DNA of 52,568 nucleotides, filler included, from Sphacelaria rigidula (Eukaryota), in the NCBI GenBank assembly GCA_964200075.2. It is 4 parts of 4 records of this genome, joined end to end, with 100 filler letters (N's around TTAATTAATTAA, not from the genome) between each part and the next. Parts side by side here need not be neighbours in the genome. Positions count along the whole stretch, not along the records: positions 39,503 to 52,568 come from CAXNAA020003183.1; 3 more parts are not named here. One strand, 5' to 3'. The notes under the pieces are model-generated. The model was not told where the DNA came from. It saw only the letters and a list, made by a program, of their open reading frames with translations, and searched no databases. Below, one piece after another: positions 46,889-52,568 of this stretch. The number at the start of each line of letters is the position of its first letter. Positions within the stretch are counted from its first letter, which is position 1. Both the position numbers and the translations under genes were made by a program.

Positions 46889-49359
46889 GTGCTGATTGAA
46901 GGGCTGCGTGCAACAAACCAGCGGATGGTAAAGCATGTCACGCCGGAGGGTCAGCTGCTCGGGCCGCTTTGGGACAAGCTCTCTGACACTCTGTTCGCCA
47001 TGTTCTCGAGGTGCTCTGCGCGTGTACTAGTTCACTACTCACCCGACCAACGTCACCCGTTTACTTGTTCATGTATATAATATATATATATATATATGTA
47101 TACATTTTTTTCCGAAGAGAATTTTTTTTTCGCAGAGATTTTGTTTTTCGACTGAAACCTCCTCTTGTGGTCAACGAACGATGCGATGCCAGAAAGATAG
47201 TTGGCTAGGTGGGACACGCGGTACGGGGTACCGTTGCTCTGATGTATTGATTATACGAGTAAAGCATTATAAGGGTAGGTCGGATGTTTTGAAAAGTCTT
47301 TATTTGAGTAATGAAAAAAACAGGGAGAGTAATGTTGAGATCGTACCCAAATTACCCTAGACTTGGGGTGGAGTGAATGCCAGGGTAATATACCCGGGGA
47401 CTCAAAAGTACATACCTTACCCGATTCACCCTGATTTTGGTGTTGAATGCTTGAGGAGCCAATGGGTTTTTTCACATTGTGCGTCCAGCGAGGGTCACGT
47501 GGTGACATGAGCACACTCGAAGCAAAGTCAATTGTCCAAGAAACACTACCGACCGGGACAGGTATTGGAATGATCCTAAGCTGACGTGTTGTTAGGTGCT
47601 CGCATTATCTTCGCATTCTCCTGCCAGGATATACGTGCTATGCCGTGGGAAGGTAGGTCATCTCGAGGATGCTGTAGGCATTTGCAACGAGTGTTTATTT
47701 TCAAGGTATTGCTTTTTCATAGTGTTCTTGGCTGTACAATACTTGTATGATCGACAAATCTTTGAGTATTTTTTCCTACTATCGGGGCAGAAGGGAGAGC
47801 TCAAGGCCGTGAAGAGGGAAAAAACATGTTTACAAGTAAAACTTGTACTCACCTACTTTGAAGACTTCACTCATTGTTTCGGCATGGTCGTATGAGATTT
47901 TGCTGTGCGGTTGTAAATAGCGCCGAACCGACTAGTAATATTGAAATCATCCCCTGCGTCGGAAGTAATCCAAGCCTTCGTTTTCCCTCGTAAGTTCGTT
48001 GGTCGAAGGAACCGCGTAAGGGGACACAAGAAGTCATATTTCGACTTTAATGTAGTAGCCAAACGCATCGGAGCATCTCAAGAAAATCTCGTGCGTGATG
48101 GAATAACAAGTCATGCGAGACTTGAAGACAAAGTAGATAAAAGTACACCCATGCGCCGGAGGAAGTAGATGCAAATAATTGCCCCTGTGGCACAGCAACA
48201 GAGATTAAAGATCACATCGTAGGAGCACTTGAACTAGCAAGGAAAATCGGGACGTTCTAGGGGAGGAGATGACAAAACCAAACGAAAATGGCATGAAGTC
48301 GTTCGGTACATTGAACGGGAGCTAGGAAACGATCGCTATACTCGGAAATAGATAGCGGCCACAGCCGGCGAAACAGGAAGGGGATGAGACATGTAAAAGG
48401 TTCTTATGTTATGTATGGAAGAAACGTAATGAGCACCCAAATGTTGCAGGTGTCTCAAATACGAGTAGGGACGGTGCTCCGTCTCGAAAGGTACGCCTGG
48501 TGAATGATCATTTGACTAAGGCAAACAACAATTTGGTACCCCCCCCGTCCTCCAGGTATGAAGAACTGTGCACCGTTTGCTACCAGCATACGCTAGACCC
48601 GGGAGCAATGGATGTTAAACGCGCGGCCACGGACATAGGCGGGGGTCCGAGCGCTCCCAAGACAGGAGGCCGATCGCCCACGGCTGAGGACGGGGGAGAC
48701 ATGCAGCCGTCTTCACCGTCGTCGTCTTTGGCTCTACACCTCGAAAACTTTGGGTCGTTTTCCAGCCTCAATTCACCCCCTGATGGTAATGACCGTGACA
48801 GCGGTGTCAGTGGCAAGGGGCACAGAAGGCACAATTCGGGAGGGACGGGGCGGTATAGCGGCTCTCAGGTCAGCATGACATCCGACTTTAGCATGCCTCA
48901 TGGTGTGGATGGAGACATGTCCTCACCGTCTGGTAGAAGCGGGGGCGGGGGTGGCGAGCTGTCCCCAGTACGGCGTGGCAAGAGGTACATAGCCAAGCGC
49001 TTGGGTCTTTGAGTTATGATGTCTGTTCTCGTCCGTTAGTTTTGCGGTGCCACGTGTGCGAAGTTTGTCGAGCGGAAATGGGGGGGGGGCAGGAGAGGGG
49101 GAAACTATTCAGGGCACCAGCCGCCCTACGGATTCATAAACCCCCTCCCCCCCCCCATGAGACAACGATTTGAAGTCTGGTTCGCTTCACTGCTGACGTA
49201 GGCACGCAGCCGCATATGTACCTTCGTATCCCTTGCTTACCCTGTAGTGGGGTCTGTTGAGTGTTATCTCGAAGTGATCTGGCGTTAGATTGGATTGCGA
49301 TAGTGGATGATACTGTGGTAACTACCGTCTCAGCGACTGCCGTTTTATTAAGGGTTACG
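46889..49359 (+). CDS. Partial multi-exon gene of unknown function (candidate exons 46889-47010, 47596-47652, 48556-48984, 49275-49359)
   Basis: Consecutive GT-AG junctions, all phase 2, join into an open frame: VLIEGLRATNQRMVKHVTPEGQLLGPLWDKLSDTLFAMFS|RCSHYLRILLPGYTCYAVG|RYEELCTVCYQHTLDP...(Gly/Ser-rich)...RRGK|SDLALDWIAIVDDTVV. CTGAC branch point at 47581. No domain recognised; start and end not found. Confidence 0.55.
48556..48984 (+). CDS. Large internal exon, Gly/Ser/Pro-rich low-complexity region
   Basis: CCTCCAG|G acceptor, AG|GTACAT donor, 429 bp, GC-rich; lies within ORF 48500-49012. Confidence 0.7.
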
Positions 49360-52300
49360 GTGAGCCAAAAGTTGTTTCGAGCGCGGGTCGGAAACGAGGC
49401 CGAATGTGAAGATGAGAAGGGGGAGGGGGGGGAGAATCTCATTAGTGTGTGTGGAGGAACGTGTGCGTTTTTTTGTTGTATGTCCCTCTTCTTTCTGCTG
49501 TTGCCTTTCTGATTTTTTTCTGCTATACCCGTGTTCATTTGCGGTGAGGAGAGGAGCACGTGTCGGAGCGAGTTGGGGTGTCAGTGTGCTCATTGACCAA
49601 GTCGTCTAAACTTGGTGGTGTTTGTTTCTTGTTTTTCTTGGGAGTCGAATATTTTGTTGAAAAGATCGAGATAGCTCGTGTGATGCAAATTCTTGTTTGC
49701 TTGTGTGTGTCTGTTGGTCTGTGTGTGTTTCATCCATGCGCGCTTTCGTGTCCTCAACAGAGAGGATGAGGAGGGGGGGGGGCTGTGAGTTGATCACCCC
49801 CCTCCCTCGGAAGATGTTTCCGTGCACCCTTGTTGTTTTCACTACTCTCGTCTCCCACCCCCATCCTCTTAAGGCCAGGGTAGGGGATGAAACGTGGAGG
49901 GGGGGGGTTCCTACAAGAGGTCTGTTGAGTGTTTCGCCGAGCGCACGAGCTCGAACACGCGATACAGTAACTGTTTCTAGGACGCCGCTATACGCAGCTG
50001 TTGGGCCCCGGCCAAGAAGACGCTTCGATAACATGTGGGCCCCGTGTGTGTCGGGCATGATGCCATGCTACGCATTATTTTGCCTTGAGACTGCGATGCT
50101 GCTAGACATGCTGGGGATGACTTAAGTCTGGGCTGCTCGCCTGCTTTGCCGTTCTCGGGACTAGTAATAGGTAGGTCAAGTGTTACATGGTTTGTTTTGA
50201 CATTTATTCACGCGCGAAGGCTTTTGTCATGACGGTGATATTTTCAGTGGATCCTGATTCTAATCATTCCAGAGTTCCAGCCCGGATGATCCTGTGCTGT
50301 AATGTAATATGCTGCGATTATAGAACGAAGAAACGCAATCGCAAATCACTTCTTTCTTACGATTGGCAACAAAATGGTGGCGAGATGCGACATGGATGGC
50401 GCTTTTAGATGATAGAAAAGACTGTGTGATGCAACGGAAAAATGAAAATAAAAAATGGACTGTGCGAATGTTCAGGCCATCAAATGCTGCATATCATCCT
50501 GAATCTTTGGTGGAGTGTGATGCTTCCTTGCTTTTGTGGTGTCTCCGCGTGTAACATGTGCCATCAACCACCAACCGGCATGTTGCGAAGTGGGGCCGTG
50601 TCGCGCCTGTTATGATTATTGAGCCTCAAGAAGCACCCAGAAAAAGTGGGTGCGTACAGTTTCGTCTGGCACCCTTCATGGCTGTACCGTTGATGGGGAC
50701 CTTCGATAGTCATTGTGCCTCCGTTTTTCTTCACTTTTCTGGCAATTTACGAACGCGAGCCATCGAGGACGACGTTCAACGTTCAATGGCAAGCTCGGTG
50801 CCTACTTGCAAACACTTCATCACTGCTGCTCGGTCCTGCCCCTTGTCCTGTCATTCGATTATCCACATCGTCATCGTCACAGTCCACCCACCCCACACGA
50901 CCGGAATACACCTTTTCACTTTTTCCACCACACTTGACAAGCGCGATTAGCCGACTCGTCAAGAAGTGACCGTTCTCACCACAAGGTTCACGCCTGTATG
51001 CCCGGATGATTTTTGGGCGCAGCTTCGCATCATCACGTGACGCTAGGCGGGGCCATGTGGCACCACCCATAACTCCCCGTCTGGCGAAGGAAGGGTTCGA
51101 GTTCTTGCTTTATCGACGACGTCGAATCATCTGTACTCTTTTCGTGCACCATGGAGGCGGTTTGTTCCCCATACAGTAAGTACACTGTTGTATTTCTTCG
51201 TAAAAAATATGTCATCCTTCTTGAACTGTCAAACGGTGAATAGGGTGGCACACGAAACACCGCGAACGAATTCGACGCATGCTCGCATCGAGTTATTTGT
51301 GACTTCATCACACTGTGTGATTGCTCCCTCAGTAGAAAGCCGAAGGCTTCATCGGACACTTTTGTCAAAAAAATATGGTGGGGTGTATTACGGCCCCTGT
51401 CGGCCAAGAAGAAGTGAACGTGACGTCCACCATCGCCGGATCCATCAGACCAATTTGAAGGCTCCTATCGCAGACGTCGTCCGTACCGACTCAAGTTACC
51501 CGCACCCCAAAATCAACAGATGTCAGGACCGTCAATAACGTAACCTATCAATACACTGTCCCTCTGACAAACACATCGATTCGTCGAAAAAAGTGGACGG
51601 TATAGGTGCGAGCGAAAGGAAAGGTGCGTGACCTCCCTCTTTCTCTCTCTAGCGCCCCCCCACCTCCCCCCTGCGAGAGCACACCGGGCAAAACCACACA
51701 CACAGGAGACTCACTCCAGCACACATGAAACAACAAAAGCCAGGCCCCCTTGCCTTCCCAGTAGTCGCGACACGCACCCTGCCCAAGATACTGCAGTTGC
51801 TCACCGCACGCGCCATGGTGCACAGCGCTCACTGGCATCACATTACTCCTCTTCATCGTACAGCTAGCACTTCCTCCAGTCCTGAGCTATCTACATCCCT
51901 CACCCCCTCCCCCCCACACACATACGCACTTGACACAAAAGGCCATATATCAACAATCAACAACAGTCAACAATCAACAATAATCAACACCACGACGAAA
52001 ACCTGTCCGCTACCCGACTCTAATCTGCGCTGCGTGGCCTCCTCAGTCAAACCTTGCTTGTCGTATATAATATATAGTTGAGTTTAGTATATACAGAGGC
52101 AGTGGCACTGAGTGCACCACACCCCCCCCTCCCCCCGTCGTGTTCCCGGCCCTGATATCCTCCAGACCGAGCTGCGATCATGCGTCGTCTCACCCGATCT
52201 TTGCCGTCGACTAGGCATTTTGACAAAAATTTAACGCAACGCGCCTTACTGCGCATCTTCAAATCTCCTGTTGCCTTCGTACACAGGGTGAGTGCACCGT

Positions 52301-52568
52301 GTCATCCGCCCCCCTACCCTCATTTCCATCCCTGGTTCCCCTTAGACCGAGCCGGCAACCATGTGTCGTCTGACCCGGTTTCTACCGTCGACTTGGTATT
52401 ATGGCAAAAGCTAAAACAACACGGCTGAATACGCGCCTAACTCTCCTTTTATCCGCATACACATAGTACAGCGCGTTGCCCCCCCTCCCCCCCGCCCACG
52501 CCTGCTCCGTCTCGAAAGGGATCCGTGGTGAATGGTCAAACGACCAAGGCAAGCAACAAATGAGTACG

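Overview
Eukaryotic nuclear DNA, intron-rich and dense in repeats, with three artificial 100-bp scaffold linkers (N44-TTAATTAATTAA-N44). The short exons, 0.3-4 kb GT-AG introns, RTE-type LINE relic, tRNA-derived SINEs and TTAGGG tracts look most like a brown alga or other stramenopile; this is inference. Three spliced genes can be built by hand. (1) The last three exons (690-2807, +) of a gene ending in a kinesin-10/KIF22(Kid)-type helix-hairpin-helix tail, which the ORF track misses. (2) A complete 4-exon PH-domain AGC kinase (23541-16388, -; 786 aa) with unusual motifs: GEGHFG, DMG, an acidic hydrophobic motif and two long inserts. (3) Several phase-compatible exons of an unidentified + strand gene (about 46.9-49.4 kb). 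The rest is a patchwork of non-autonomous mobile elements: several MITE families, four long foldback palindromes, three tRNA-SINE copies, (CAAT)n-tailed retro ends, a 42-bp palindromic-core array and a 180-bp tandem repeat. I found no CRISPR array, intact transposase or reverse transcriptase, rRNA or genuine tRNA. Nothing here is convincingly a new biological system; the best leads are the kinase and the array-plus-hairpin module at 901-1308.
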